A stretch of DNA of 64,000 nucleotides, from positions 262,547-326,546 of the forward strand of contig CAXTYC010000002.1 in the NCBI GenBank assembly GCA_964248365.1. The letters are read 5' to 3'. The DNA is from an uncultured Chroococcidiopsis sp. (lineage in GTDB: Bacteria > Cyanobacteriota > Cyanobacteriia > Cyanobacteriales > Chroococcidiopsidaceae). A program made the position numbers and the translations under genes. The notes beneath the pieces are model-generated. The model did not search any database, was not told the DNA's origin, and worked only from the letters and a program-made list of their open reading frames with translations. This document shows positions 28,358 to 38,170 of the stretch, piece by piece (within the stretch, counting starts at the first letter, position 1; the number at the start of each line of letters is the position of its first letter).

Positions 28358-29245
28358 ATGCTTACCCAGCAAGAAGATAATTCCGAACCGATTTGGCTTA
28401 CTATCATTCGACTTTTACGATGGGATAAGCCAGAAGGACGCTTGATTTTGATGCTACCTGCTCTGTGGGCTGTGTTTTTAGCCGCACGGGGAATGCCACC
28501 ATTACCCCTAGTAGGTGTAATTGTGCTGGGTACTTTTGCTACCAGTGCAGCTGGTTGCGTTGTGAATGATTTGTGGGATAGGGATATCGATCCGCAAGTG
28601 GAAAGAACACGTAAGCGCCCCCTCGCTTCCCGCGCCCTTTCGCTTAAAGTCGGTATAGTTGTAGCTTTGATAGCTTTGTGTTGCGCTTTTGGTTTATCGC
28701 TTTATCTCAATGGGTTGTCTTTTTGGCTATGTGTGGCAGCCGTCCCAGTGATTTTGTTGTATCCTGGGGCAAAGCGGGTATTTCCCGTTCCCCAGCTGGT
28801 GCTTTCGATCGCTTGGGGATTTGCTGTATTGATTAGCTGGAGTGCAGCTAATGCCAGTTTAGAACAATCTACCTGGCTACTATGGGGCGCAACTATTTTC
28901 TGGACTTTGGGATTTGATACGGTTTACGCTATGAGCGATCGCGCTGACGATCAACGCATTGGAATTAACTCTAGCGCTTTATTCTTTGGTAAATATGCCC
29001 CCGAAGCGATCGGTATTTTCTTTGCTGGTACAGTGTTTTTACTAGCGAGGCTGGGCATAGTAATGCAGTTACATCTGGCTTTTTGGATAGCCCTAGCACT
29101 TGCTACTCTCGCTTGGATTTGGCAGTATATCCGACTGCGCAATTCACAGCTTCCCAATTGGGCTTATGCTCAGATGTTTCGTCAGAATGTTTGGATTGGT
29201 TTTCTGTTACTTGCTGGAATGATTGCTGGAAGTTTAAACTTTTGA
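28358..29245 (+). CDS. ubiA: 4-hydroxybenzoate solanesyl/polyprenyltransferase (plastoquinone biosynthesis)
   Basis: LLRWDKP.G, AGCVVNDLWDRDID.QVERT..RPLAS and FDTVYAMSDRADD motifs. Confidence 0.92.
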   Translation: MLTQQEDNSEPIWLTIIRLLRWDKPEGRLILMLPALWAVFLAARGMPPLPLVGVIVLGTFATSAAGCVVNDLWDRDIDPQVERTRKRPLASRALSLKVGIVVALIALCCAFGLSLYLNGLSFWLCVAAVPVILLYPGAKRVFPVPQLVLSIAWGFAVLISWSAANASLEQSTWLLWGATIFWTLGFDTVYAMSDRADDQRIGINSSALFFGKYAPEAIGIFFAGTVFLLARLGIVMQLHLAFWIALALATLAWIWQYIRLRNSQLPNWAYAQMFRQNVWIGFLLLAGMIAGSLNF

Positions 29246-29722
29246 ACTAACTAATCTGAGAAACTTTATCTTCGAGTTTATTAATCCACCTTTTGCGATC
29301 GCAAGTGCCTAATTACCAAACCACAAAAAATCAAATTGCCGATGAGATAACGTTTCCACAACAAAGCTGGTTCCATATCAGGTCTGTTGAAATTATCGAC
29401 TATGAGCGTACCCAACAAAATACTACCTAAGAACTCCACTCCCATCAGCTAGCAGCAAATCACTATGCTCTCATGCTTTAGTTAGCTTGGAATGTTTAGC
29501 TGCTGTTACTATTGTGTGAGCATTAGCATAATAATCACGACCACCCTGCCGCTGAAGTAACCTTTGTAGCAAAATCTTAATCGCCTCGTTTTTAGACATT
29601 TGATGAAAACAGATGTTCAGAAGACTTACTGTATCAGTTATGTGCTACCTCAGCTTTAAGAACTGTTGCTGGTTAAGCTATCTCTAAAAGACAGTTATTG
29701 TAATGGAAGTTGATAAAATTTA

Positions 29723-30211
29723 ATGAAAAAAATTCTGATTGGAGTGATGGGAAAGGGAGACAAGGCGACAGCAACTGATTGCCAAAATGCCCACGAACTA
29801 GGAAAACTGATTGCTCAGCAAGGATGGGTTTTGCTAACTGGAGGTAGAAATGTTGGGGTGATGGATGCAGCAAGTCTGGGCGCAAAAGCTGCAAATGGTT
29901 TAACAGTTGGCATTCTGCCAGAAAATGACACTAGTGCTATTTCACAAGCAGTTGATATTGCCATTATTACTGGCATGGGCAATGCTCGAAATAATATTAA
30001 TGTTCTCTCTAGTGACGTTATTATTGCTTGTGGGATGGGTGCAGGTACTGCGTCGGAAATTGCCCTAGCTTTGAAAGCAAACAAGAAAGTTATCTTATTA
30101 AATAGCGATGAACAAAGCAAAAGTTTTTTCCAGCACCTAGCTTCAGAAAATGTTTACACTACTAACAATCCGAGCGAAGCGATTAAAATTGTCCAGAAAA
30201 TTTTATCCTAA
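29723..30211 (+). CDS. TIGR00725/LOG-like (SLOG) nucleotide-binding protein
   Basis: IGVMG, LLTGGR..GVMDAA, TVGILP, TGMGNARN.IN and GAGTASEIALA motifs. Confidence 0.88.
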   Translation: MKKILIGVMGKGDKATATDCQNAHELGKLIAQQGWVLLTGGRNVGVMDAASLGAKAANGLTVGILPENDTSAISQAVDIAIITGMGNARNNINVLSSDVIIACGMGAGTASEIALALKANKKVILLNSDEQSKSFFQHLASENVYTTNNPSEAIKIVQKILS

Positions 30212-30940
30212 AATTATTAGATAGATTGTATAAATTATTTCATGTCCAGGGGCAAGATTGGATTTAACAGCGAGCTAGTAGATTGCGATCGCGCGACCGC
30301 CCTAGTTGACAAGGTGGGCAAGATCTGATATCTAAATACCCAATGCACAATTTAGCATCTGGTAATCAAAAATACATTAATATTTACACTAAGATGTTAA
30401 TATTTTTTTCATACTAGGGGTAGAAGTAAAGGGAAACCGAATACTATATCTTAAAAAGTGCTATTTGATACTTTAATCTACGGAGGTCACTAAGCCCGAA
30501 AATACACTGTGAAAAGTTTTATACAAAAACCCTTGGGAGAGTCTAAACTAATAAAGTAGTTCAAATTGGGTAGTTCGCTAATTTTATTTTACTATGAACC
30601 TAGTGTTAAACTGGGCTTCAAATAAATAAACCTGGAAAGACGTAACACTGCTACGTCTACTATACTCTTGAGCAGCGAAGCCCAAAGAGTATTACCCGAT
30701 GAAAAATAGAGATGAAATGATTAGTAAGGAACCAATAGAAACCTTTTCAATCATTTCTAGTGGTAAAAGAATTGCCAAATAAAGTTTATTGACCCTGATT
30801 TGAAATTGCTGTATAAGCAAATAAGATTTAGAGGATATTTTCGTCAAAAAAATGGTAATAGAACTGTTAATTCAAGCGATTCTATCTAGCCAGAAGGGAT
30901 TTTTATTACGGAAGTCAAAAAATTAAAGGGTGGAATATTT

Positions 30941-32080
30941 GTGATGTTCGACTACCTGATTGTTGGAGCAGGATTTGCCGGAAGCGTCCTCGCCGAGAGG
31001 TTAGCAAGTCAAAAGAATAAGAAAATTCTGATTATAGATACGCGATCGCACATTGCCGGAAACGCCTACGATCACTACAACGAAGATGGTATCCTTGTAC
31101 ATAAATACGGACCACACATCTTTCACACCAACTCCCGCGATGTCTTCGAGTACCTTTCACAATTTACCGAGTGGCGCTCCTACGAACACCGCGTACTTGC
31201 TAGCGTAGATGGTCAACTTGTTCCCATCCCCATCAATCTCGATACGATTAACAAACTCTACGGACTCAATCTCACGTCGTTTCAGCTAGAAGAATTTTTC
31301 GCGTCGGTAGCTGAACCTAAAGAGTACATCCGCACCTCAGAGGATGTAGTGGTAAGTAGAGTTGGTCGAGAACTTTACGAAAAGTTTTTCCGAGGCTATA
31401 CTCGCAAGCAATGGGACATTGATCCCTCTGAACTCGACAAATCTGTTACAGCGCGAGTCGCCACCCGTACTAACCGCGATGACCGCTATTTTACAGATAC
31501 CTATCAAGCTATGCCACTACACGGCTATACGCGGATGTTCGAGAATATGCTATCTCACCCCAATATCAAGATCATGCTCAATACCGACTATCGGGAAATT
31601 GTGGATGTGATAGCATACCGTGAGATGATTTATACAGGTCCAATCGATCTATTCTTCGATTATCGCTACGGCAAGCTACCTTACCGCTCACTGGAATTTA
31701 AGCACGAGACACTTAACCAACCCCTACATCAACCAGTAGCCGTAGTGAACTACCCCAACCAACACTTATATACCCGCGTCACAGAGTTCAAATACCTCAC
31801 CGGACAAGAGCATCCGAAAACTAGCATCGTCTACGAGTACCCCCGCGCCGAAGGAGATCCCTATTACCCTGTACCGCGTCCAGAGAATGCCGAACTTTAC
31901 AAGAAATACAAAGCTCTAGCTGATGCAACTCCAGGTGTACATTTCGTCGGACGACTAGCAACCTACAAGTATTACAACATGGATCAAGTTGTAGCTCAGG
32001 CTCTTATGATTTACAACAAACTCAATGAAAGTAGTAATGGAATACAGGATAAAGTAAACCAAAATCTAGTGCAGGTATAA
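30941..32080 (+). CDS. glf: UDP-galactopyranose mutase
   Basis: FDYLIVGAGFAG, HKYGPHIFHT, YFTDTYQAMP, YYPV and GRLATYKYYNMDQVV motifs. Confidence 0.96.
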   Translation: MMFDYLIVGAGFAGSVLAERLASQKNKKILIIDTRSHIAGNAYDHYNEDGILVHKYGPHIFHTNSRDVFEYLSQFTEWRSYEHRVLASVDGQLVPIPINLDTINKLYGLNLTSFQLEEFFASVAEPKEYIRTSEDVVVSRVGRELYEKFFRGYTRKQWDIDPSELDKSVTARVATRTNRDDRYFTDTYQAMPLHGYTRMFENMLSHPNIKIMLNTDYREIVDVIAYREMIYTGPIDLFFDYRYGKLPYRSLEFKHETLNQPLHQPVAVVNYPNQHLYTRVTEFKYLTGQEHPKTSIVYEYPRAEGDPYYPVPRPENAELYKKYKALADATPGVHFVGRLATYKYYNMDQVVAQALMIYNKLNESSNGIQDKVNQNLVQV

Positions 32081-32155
32081 TCCTGGTAAGTTGAGTTAAT
32101 TTAACCTAAATCATCTCCTTCGCAGTAAGTTTTCGTAAACAGATAGGTAAGATAT

Positions 32156-33961
32156 ATGCATATTGTAGGTAGGATAAAGCTACCAAAATCAGCCCAGGTT
32201 TCTAGCTTATACCTACAGTGCAATGAAGGTGCGATAATCAATTCCCACCCTCGCGTTGAAGAGATTATTTTTCGCCCAGGTGGGATGGTATCTTTCAATT
32301 CTTACTTTAATTCGTTTTACGAAAACTTTTATGCCAAGTATACAAATCTTGACTCGTTATACTACTGGCTAAGATTATCAGGGGATTTTGAAATCTCTAT
32401 TTATCGAGAAGTATATGGTTCAGATAACCGACAACTGATTTATCAAGAAAAATTTGATAACTGTCAAGCAACAGATTTGATTCCAGTCAAATTACCCGAC
32501 TCAAATAACGGCAGAATCTACTTGGAACTATTGTGCCTAAGTGATAGGGGGGTGTTTAACGAGGGATTAATCATCACCGAACAACAGCCAACACAAGAAG
32601 TATCTTTGGCAATCATCAGTTGCACCTATAAGAAAGAAGGTTATATCAAAAAGACAGTAAATACAATTGTCGGGGATCAGTTACTACAAACAAAATCGTG
32701 GAAGATATTTGTAGTAGATAATGGTCAAACATTAACAGCATCAGATTTTCCCGCCGAGCGAGTGCAATTTATAAGCAGTAGAAACGTGGGAGGAAGTGGG
32801 GGTTTTACGAGGGGATTAATAGAAGCCTTACAAGGAAGCTATACCCACTTTCTATTTATGGATGATGATATAGAACTAGAAAGTGAATCGATTTATCGCT
32901 TGTTTGCTTTATATGAGTATGGTAAATCCGATTTTGCCGTTGCTGGCAGTATGCTAGATTTAGCTAAAAAGCAGATTATGCATGAAGCAGGATTATTGTA
33001 CGGTAAAGCTGGTAATAGTGATAAATTTAAACCATTTTCAATTATTCGTCTAAAGCATAATCTCAACTTACAAAATGCTAATAACCTCAATCTTCTATTG
33101 TTGGATGAAGATGTAGACTGTGGAGGATTTTATTTTTTTGCTTTTTCTAGAAAAGTTGTCGAACAAATTGGATTGCCAATACCTATATTTGTGAAAATGG
33201 ATGATTTAGAGTTTAGTTTGAGAATTAAACATTTAGGTACTAAGTTAGTAGCTTTTCCATCAATATCCGTATGGCATGAGACATTTTTTAATAAAGCTTC
33301 CCTGTGGGATTATTATTATTATCGCAATGATTTAATAGCTCATGCTATTCACAAACCGCTAAGATATATAAATGCAATTATTTATTTTACTAAACATTTA
33401 ATTTTTAGTTTACTGCTGTTTGACTATAATCACGCAGAAATGCTTATTAAAGCCTTTGAAGATTGTGTCAAAGGTCCTAGCTTTATCAAAAGTAACGACC
33501 CAGAAGTGTTGCATACAGAAATTTTCAAACTGAGTAAGAGCTATAAAACTCAAAGTATCCTGCCAAATTACTCGCCATCAACCGATCAGATGTATGATAA
33601 GACAAAAGCTGGTATTGGAAAAAAAGTTATTAGCTTGTTAACTCTCAATGGTCATTTGCTGCCAGACTTTCTCACAAGTGACGATGATGTATTTATTTGG
33701 CAATCTCCTGACTATGCAGGTCAACGCTCTAAGGCATTTGCGAAAAAAAGAGTGCTAATCTTTAAAGAAGAAAATAACTGTTTATTGCAAAATGAGATAG
33801 ATAAAAAAGCAGGAATTCAACTTTTAACTAGATGGTTGAAAGTTGTTGTAAGTACTAGTGTTAAGTGGTCTTCCATCCGGCAAAAATGGAAAACAGCTTC
33901 AACTGAACTCTCTTCTATTGCGTTTTGGCAGCAATACTTAAGTATAGAAAAATCTAATTAA
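32156..33961 (+). CDS. GT2 galactofuranosyltransferase (GlfT2-like)
   Basis: FNSYFNSF N-terminal domain, VVDNG, NVGGSGGFTRG, FMDDDI, KMDDLEFSLR and WDYYYYRN motifs; directly follows glf. Confidence 0.82.
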   Translation: MHIVGRIKLPKSAQVSSLYLQCNEGAIINSHPRVEEIIFRPGGMVSFNSYFNSFYENFYAKYTNLDSLYYWLRLSGDFEISIYREVYGSDNRQLIYQEKFDNCQATDLIPVKLPDSNNGRIYLELLCLSDRGVFNEGLIITEQQPTQEVSLAIISCTYKKEGYIKKTVNTIVGDQLLQTKSWKIFVVDNGQTLTASDFPAERVQFISSRNVGGSGGFTRGLIEALQGSYTHFLFMDDDIELESESIYRLFALYEYGKSDFAVAGSMLDLAKKQIMHEAGLLYGKAGNSDKFKPFSIIRLKHNLNLQNANNLNLLLLDEDVDCGGFYFFAFSRKVVEQIGLPIPIFVKMDDLEFSLRIKHLGTKLVAFPSISVWHETFFNKASLWDYYYYRNDLIAHAIHKPLRYINAIIYFTKHLIFSLLLFDYNHAEMLIKAFEDCVKGPSFIKSNDPEVLHTEIFKLSKSYKTQSILPNYSPSTDQMYDKTKAGIGKKVISLLTLNGHLLPDFLTSDDDVFIWQSPDYAGQRSKAFAKKRVLIFKEENNCLLQNEIDKKAGIQLLTRWLKVVVSTSVKWSSIRQKWKTASTELSSIAFWQQYLSIEKSN

Positions 33962-33965
33962 CAGA

Positions 33966-34796
33966 ATGCACATAGGTAATCGAGAACTAGTTATCGAAGC
34001 AGGACGTACGGAAGCCCAGTATTGGAAAGATATATGGCGCTATCGAGAGTTATTTTATTTCTTGGCTTGGCGCGATATTTTAGTACGTTATAAGCAAACA
34101 GCGCTGGGAATTACCTGGGCTTTGATTCGACCTGTTTTAGGAACGTTTATTTCTGTAGTAGTATTTGGTAATTTGGCAAAATTACCTTCTGGAGGTGTGC
34201 CATATTCAATTTTGGTAGTAGCAGCGATTCTACCCTGGCAATTCTTTGCTAATGCACTATCAGAATGTAGCCTTAGCCTCATCAACAACGCCAATTTGGT
34301 TTCTAAAATCTACTTTCCTCGCCTAATTGTGCCAGCTAGTGCAGTCATTGTTAGCTTCGTAGATTTTTTAATTGCTGGCATGATCTTATTAGCGTTGATG
34401 GCGTGGTACGATTTTATACCAGATTGGCGCATCTTAACGCTACCGTTGTTTATTTCGATTGCCTTTGCAGCAGCGATGGGAGGAGGACTATGGTTAGCAG
34501 CGCTGAACGTGAAATACCGAGATTTCCGCCATATCGTACCGTTTATTGTACAGTTTGGCTTCTATATCTCGCCAGTCGGATATAGTAGCAGTATTATACC
34601 TGCAAAGTGGCGTTTACTTTACTCTTTAAATCCAATGGTGGGCGTGATTGATGGCTTCCGTTGGGCAATTTTGGGTGGTAAGTATCAACCAGACTGGTTA
34701 GGATTCATATTATCTACAGGGATAGTTTGCCTGTTGTTTGCCAGTGGCATCTGGTACTTTCGTAAAACTGAACGTACTTTTGCAGATGTCATTTAA
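33966..34796 (+). CDS. wzm: Polysaccharide ABC exporter permease (Wzm)
   Basis: WRYRELFYFLAWRDILVRYKQTALG, KIYFPR, YRDFRHIVPF and LNPMVGVIDGFR motifs. Confidence 0.92.
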   Translation: MHIGNRELVIEAGRTEAQYWKDIWRYRELFYFLAWRDILVRYKQTALGITWALIRPVLGTFISVVVFGNLAKLPSGGVPYSILVVAAILPWQFFANALSECSLSLINNANLVSKIYFPRLIVPASAVIVSFVDFLIAGMILLALMAWYDFIPDWRILTLPLFISIAFAAAMGGGLWLAALNVKYRDFRHIVPFIVQFGFYISPVGYSSSIIPAKWRLLYSLNPMVGVIDGFRWAILGGKYQPDWLGFILSTGIVCLLFASGIWYFRKTERTFADVI

Positions 34797-34811
34797 GAAG
34801 GGAGTAAGAGC

Positions 34812-36122
34812 GTGTCTAATATTGTAGTTCGGGTTGAAAATCTGGCTAAAAAATATGATATTCATCACCTGAATCAGGGAAGCAACACAACTCTAAGGGA
34901 TGCGATCGTCAGTACTGCTAAATCCCTTAGTCGTAAAGTCTTAAGTACGTTTGGTGAAAATACTTCATCCCCCTCTCGAGAGGAATTTTGGGCTTTAAAG
35001 GGTGTTGACTTTGAGATTAAGCAAGGGGATGTCGTTGGTATTATTGGTCGCAATGGGGCAGGAAAATCAACACTTTTGAAGATTTTGAGCCGAATTACAG
35101 AACCGACAAAAGGACGTATTGCGATTAGAGGACGAGTAGCAAGTTTGTTAGAGGTGGGAACAGGTTTTCACCAAGAATTAACAGGTCGTGAAAACATCTA
35201 CCTTAACGGTGCTATTTTGGGGATGAGCAAGGTTGAAATTACAAGGAAGTTTGATGAAATTGTAGCTTTTGCTGAAGTCGAAAAGTTTTTAGATACTCCA
35301 GTTAAGCATTATTCCTCTGGGATGTATGTACGCCTTGCCTTTGCTGTAGCTGCTCACCTGGAACCAGAAATTCTGATTGTGGACGAAGTTTTGGCAGTGG
35401 GAGATGTGCAATTTCAGAAGAAATGTCTTGGAAAAATGGGAAATGTGGCTAAGGAAGGTCGAACTATTTTATTCGTTAGTCACAATATGAGTACGGTAGA
35501 ATCCCTATGCAATCGCGGAATTCTAATTGAATCTGGCACTGTGGGTTTAGACGGTAGTTCTGAAGAAGCTGTTAGGGCTTATCTAGAAAAGGCTTACAAT
35601 CTGGCTCAAGAATTGCCTTTAGACCAAAGAAGCGATCGCAAGGGTTCAGGAGAAGTCAGAGCTTCTAGCTTTAGAATTTTAAATGAAAAAGGAGAAGAAG
35701 AACAAGCTTTACAGTCAGGGAAAAATTACTATTTTGAAGTTGGATATTCAAAAAATGTACAGAACAGTCTTAACAATATAATTGTTAGTATTGATTTGTT
35801 CGATGAAAAAGGTGTCAGAGTCCTCTTGTTACGCAACAATTTTACTAATCAGCATTTTACTCTTAATTCCGAGCAAGGTTGTATTCTTTGCAGGATAAAC
35901 AACCTGCCTTTAGTTTACGGCTTATATAGAGTTTCAATATACATATCACAGGCAGATAGGGAAACGCTTGATTACATTGAAGATGCTGCGGTTGTGGCTG
36001 TAGATGGAGGCGACTTCTTTGGTACAGGTAATCCTGGTCTTCCCAACCACTGCAAGTATTTAGTTAAAGCTGACTGGTCAACAACACGCGCTAGTTTTTT
36101 TGAAAACATTCAATCACCTTGA
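34812..36122 (+). CDS. wzt: Polysaccharide ABC exporter ATPase with Wzt C-terminal domain
   Basis: GRNGAGKSTLLK, YSSGMYVRLAF and DEVLAVGD motifs, plus a C-terminal carbohydrate-binding-like extension. Confidence 0.93.
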   Translation: MSNIVVRVENLAKKYDIHHLNQGSNTTLRDAIVSTAKSLSRKVLSTFGENTSSPSREEFWALKGVDFEIKQGDVVGIIGRNGAGKSTLLKILSRITEPTKGRIAIRGRVASLLEVGTGFHQELTGRENIYLNGAILGMSKVEITRKFDEIVAFAEVEKFLDTPVKHYSSGMYVRLAFAVAAHLEPEILIVDEVLAVGDVQFQKKCLGKMGNVAKEGRTILFVSHNMSTVESLCNRGILIESGTVGLDGSSEEAVRAYLEKAYNLAQELPLDQRSDRKGSGEVRASSFRILNEKGEEEQALQSGKNYYFEVGYSKNVQNSLNNIIVSIDLFDEKGVRVLLLRNNFTNQHFTLNSEQGCILCRINNLPLVYGLYRVSIYISQADRETLDYIEDAAVVAVDGGDFFGTGNPGLPNHCKYLVKADWSTTRASFFENIQSP

Positions 36123-36181
36123 TCCTGATAGAGATGGTGACTGAATGTACGAAATGAATACTCTTACTAAAGGTTGCTTCT

Positions 36182-37729
36182 ATGTCAGACAGAATTCTCT
36201 ATTATAACTGGGACCCTTACTTTAAAAACCCGATACAAGGGGGAGGCGTATCTATATATTGCCGCAATTTAATCGACTACTTAACCGGGCAAGATAATTA
36301 TCAAGTTAGTTTTCTTTATTCTGGTATTGATTATACGTATTTGCGTAAGTCTCCTTACATAAAACAAGTTCATAATCAGCGCCATCCCCAAGCCCCTACC
36401 TTTTCATTATATAATTCTCCTATTGCTGCCCCTTCTTATCTTGCTTTCGATGATCCGATAGGAAACATTCAAAATTCAGAACTTGAAAACTGCTTTCAAC
36501 AGTTTCTGACACAACAAGAGCCTTTCGAGATTATTCACTTTCACAATTTAGAGGGATTAACTGCTAATTGCCTCAAGTTAGCTAAAGAGAGTGGCGCTAG
36601 AGTTGTATTTAGCTTGCACAACTATTGGTCTGTTTGTCCGCAAGTAAATTTATGGAAATTGGAAAGTAGCCCCTGTACCAATTATTTAGAAGGACGAGCC
36701 TGTGTTTCCTGTGTACCCGACCCAGTAGATTTGAACCTAGAACTTACGCTCAAAAAACTGGATAATTTAGGCAGCTTAATTAGTCGGGGTGTGCCAGCAA
36801 TACGGTTAATTAAAAAATTATATACTCGCCTTTACCGCCGCCAAGTTTGGTATCAAACGAAACCTGATACAAAATCTCCCCTCACAAAACCAATAGATGT
36901 GGCAGGTAAAGAACTGCCACAGCAAGCCAATTTGTACCGCCAGCGGCGACAGGAAATCGTCTCTCTTATCAACAGCTATGTAGATGTAGCCCTGTCTGTT
37001 TCTGAGCGTACCAGTTCCATTTACAGGCAATATGGTGTTGATCCTGTGAAGTTGACTACACAGTATATAGGTAGCTCATCAACTCAATTCCCAGTCCCAT
37101 CTAACAATCCAGCAGCATACTCGTTAGGACAGCCCTTCCAATTAATCTACATGGGACCATCAAGAAAAGATAAGGGATTCTATTTCCTGTTAGAGGAACT
37201 ACGTTCTCTGCCGGAAAAGGAATTAAGTTCGCTTGATCTGGTTATAGCTTGCAAAGTTACTGATATTGTTGAGTTAACAAAATCAGTTGAATATAAAGGA
37301 CGGTTGCTATCCCTAGCTCAGTCCGTTCACCGCTTCCGTTACTACCCTGGGTACAAATACGACAATATTCCCAGTATGTTAGATGGAATCCATTTGGGAG
37401 TTGTGCCACCGTTATGGGAAGATAACCTGCCGCAGGTTACTTATGAGTTACTAGCGTGCCGTGTGCCAGTACTTTGCTCTAATCGAGGCGGCGCACAGGA
37501 GTTCGTTCGCCATCCTGCTTTCATTTTTGATCCAGCAAAAGAAGGGGACTTTCAGCACAAACTGCGTACTATTCGAGAAAATCCGCACCTATTAACCGAG
37601 TTTTGGCAAGAGGCGCGATTACCTAAACCAATCGAACAACATTTCAAGGAGTTAGTCGAAATTTATCAGCAGGGCGCAATAAATTCAAATTCGTTTATAG
37701 GTGCAGAGGCTTCTGTCGCAAAAATTTGA
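36182..37729 (+). CDS. GT4-family glycosyltransferase
   Basis: GGGVSIY, IIHFHNLEGL, SLHNYW.VCPQ, KGFYFL and VVPPLWEDNLPQV motifs. Confidence 0.85.
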   Translation: MSDRILYYNWDPYFKNPIQGGGVSIYCRNLIDYLTGQDNYQVSFLYSGIDYTYLRKSPYIKQVHNQRHPQAPTFSLYNSPIAAPSYLAFDDPIGNIQNSELENCFQQFLTQQEPFEIIHFHNLEGLTANCLKLAKESGARVVFSLHNYWSVCPQVNLWKLESSPCTNYLEGRACVSCVPDPVDLNLELTLKKLDNLGSLISRGVPAIRLIKKLYTRLYRRQVWYQTKPDTKSPLTKPIDVAGKELPQQANLYRQRRQEIVSLINSYVDVALSVSERTSSIYRQYGVDPVKLTTQYIGSSSTQFPVPSNNPAAYSLGQPFQLIYMGPSRKDKGFYFLLEELRSLPEKELSSLDLVIACKVTDIVELTKSVEYKGRLLSLAQSVHRFRYYPGYKYDNIPSMLDGIHLGVVPPLWEDNLPQVTYELLACRVPVLCSNRGGAQEFVRHPAFIFDPAKEGDFQHKLRTIRENPHLLTEFWQEARLPKPIEQHFKELVEIYQQGAINSNSFIGAEASVAKI

Positions 37730-37807
37730 AGTAATAAGAAGGGTTAAATCACAGATAACTTTGTCTTTGTGACATTAACCTATCTAGGCTTTGAATCATT
37801 ATAAATA

Positions 37808-38030
37808 ACGCTGATTTATTGCTATTTCGATGATGTTCTCGGATTCACGTATGGTGATCGAAATGGAGAACGTTTAGCAATACCAGAGTTTAACCCAGCT
37901 AACAAGATGAAAAAATCTCCCAATTTTATGGCTGAAGGCATTTTGTTCCTTGGCTTGCTAATTATTGGTGGGTAAATTGTTTTTATATGGCGCATATTCT
38001 TGACAATAAATTATATGGTTGTAATTATGG
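37808..38030 (+). pseudogene. Frameshifted remnant resembling the C-terminus of a TylF/NovP-like (sugar O-methyltransferase-related) protein
   Basis: Reads TLIYCYFDDVLGFTYGDRNGERLAIPEFN, then after frameshifts ISQFYG*RHFVPW and YMAHILDNKLYG. No start or 5' half is present. The family assignment is from memory of the YCYFDD...GERLAI.EFN motif. Confidence 0.45.
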
Positions 38031-38170
38031 TTTTTTAAATAGGATTACTTTAGAGCTTGAATAGCCTTACGTCTAACTGTGTGAAAACTTAAATACAGAC
38101 ATTGTGAGGAAGGGAATAAATAGCAATGGCTAATTCAATGACAAAAAGCTTTAAAGTAGCTTTTGAAGGC

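Noticed and set aside
30620..30700. Possible c-di-GMP-I riboswitch
   Set aside because: Only loose resemblance; no convincing P2 stem with GAAA tetraloop or P1 pairing could be built by eye.
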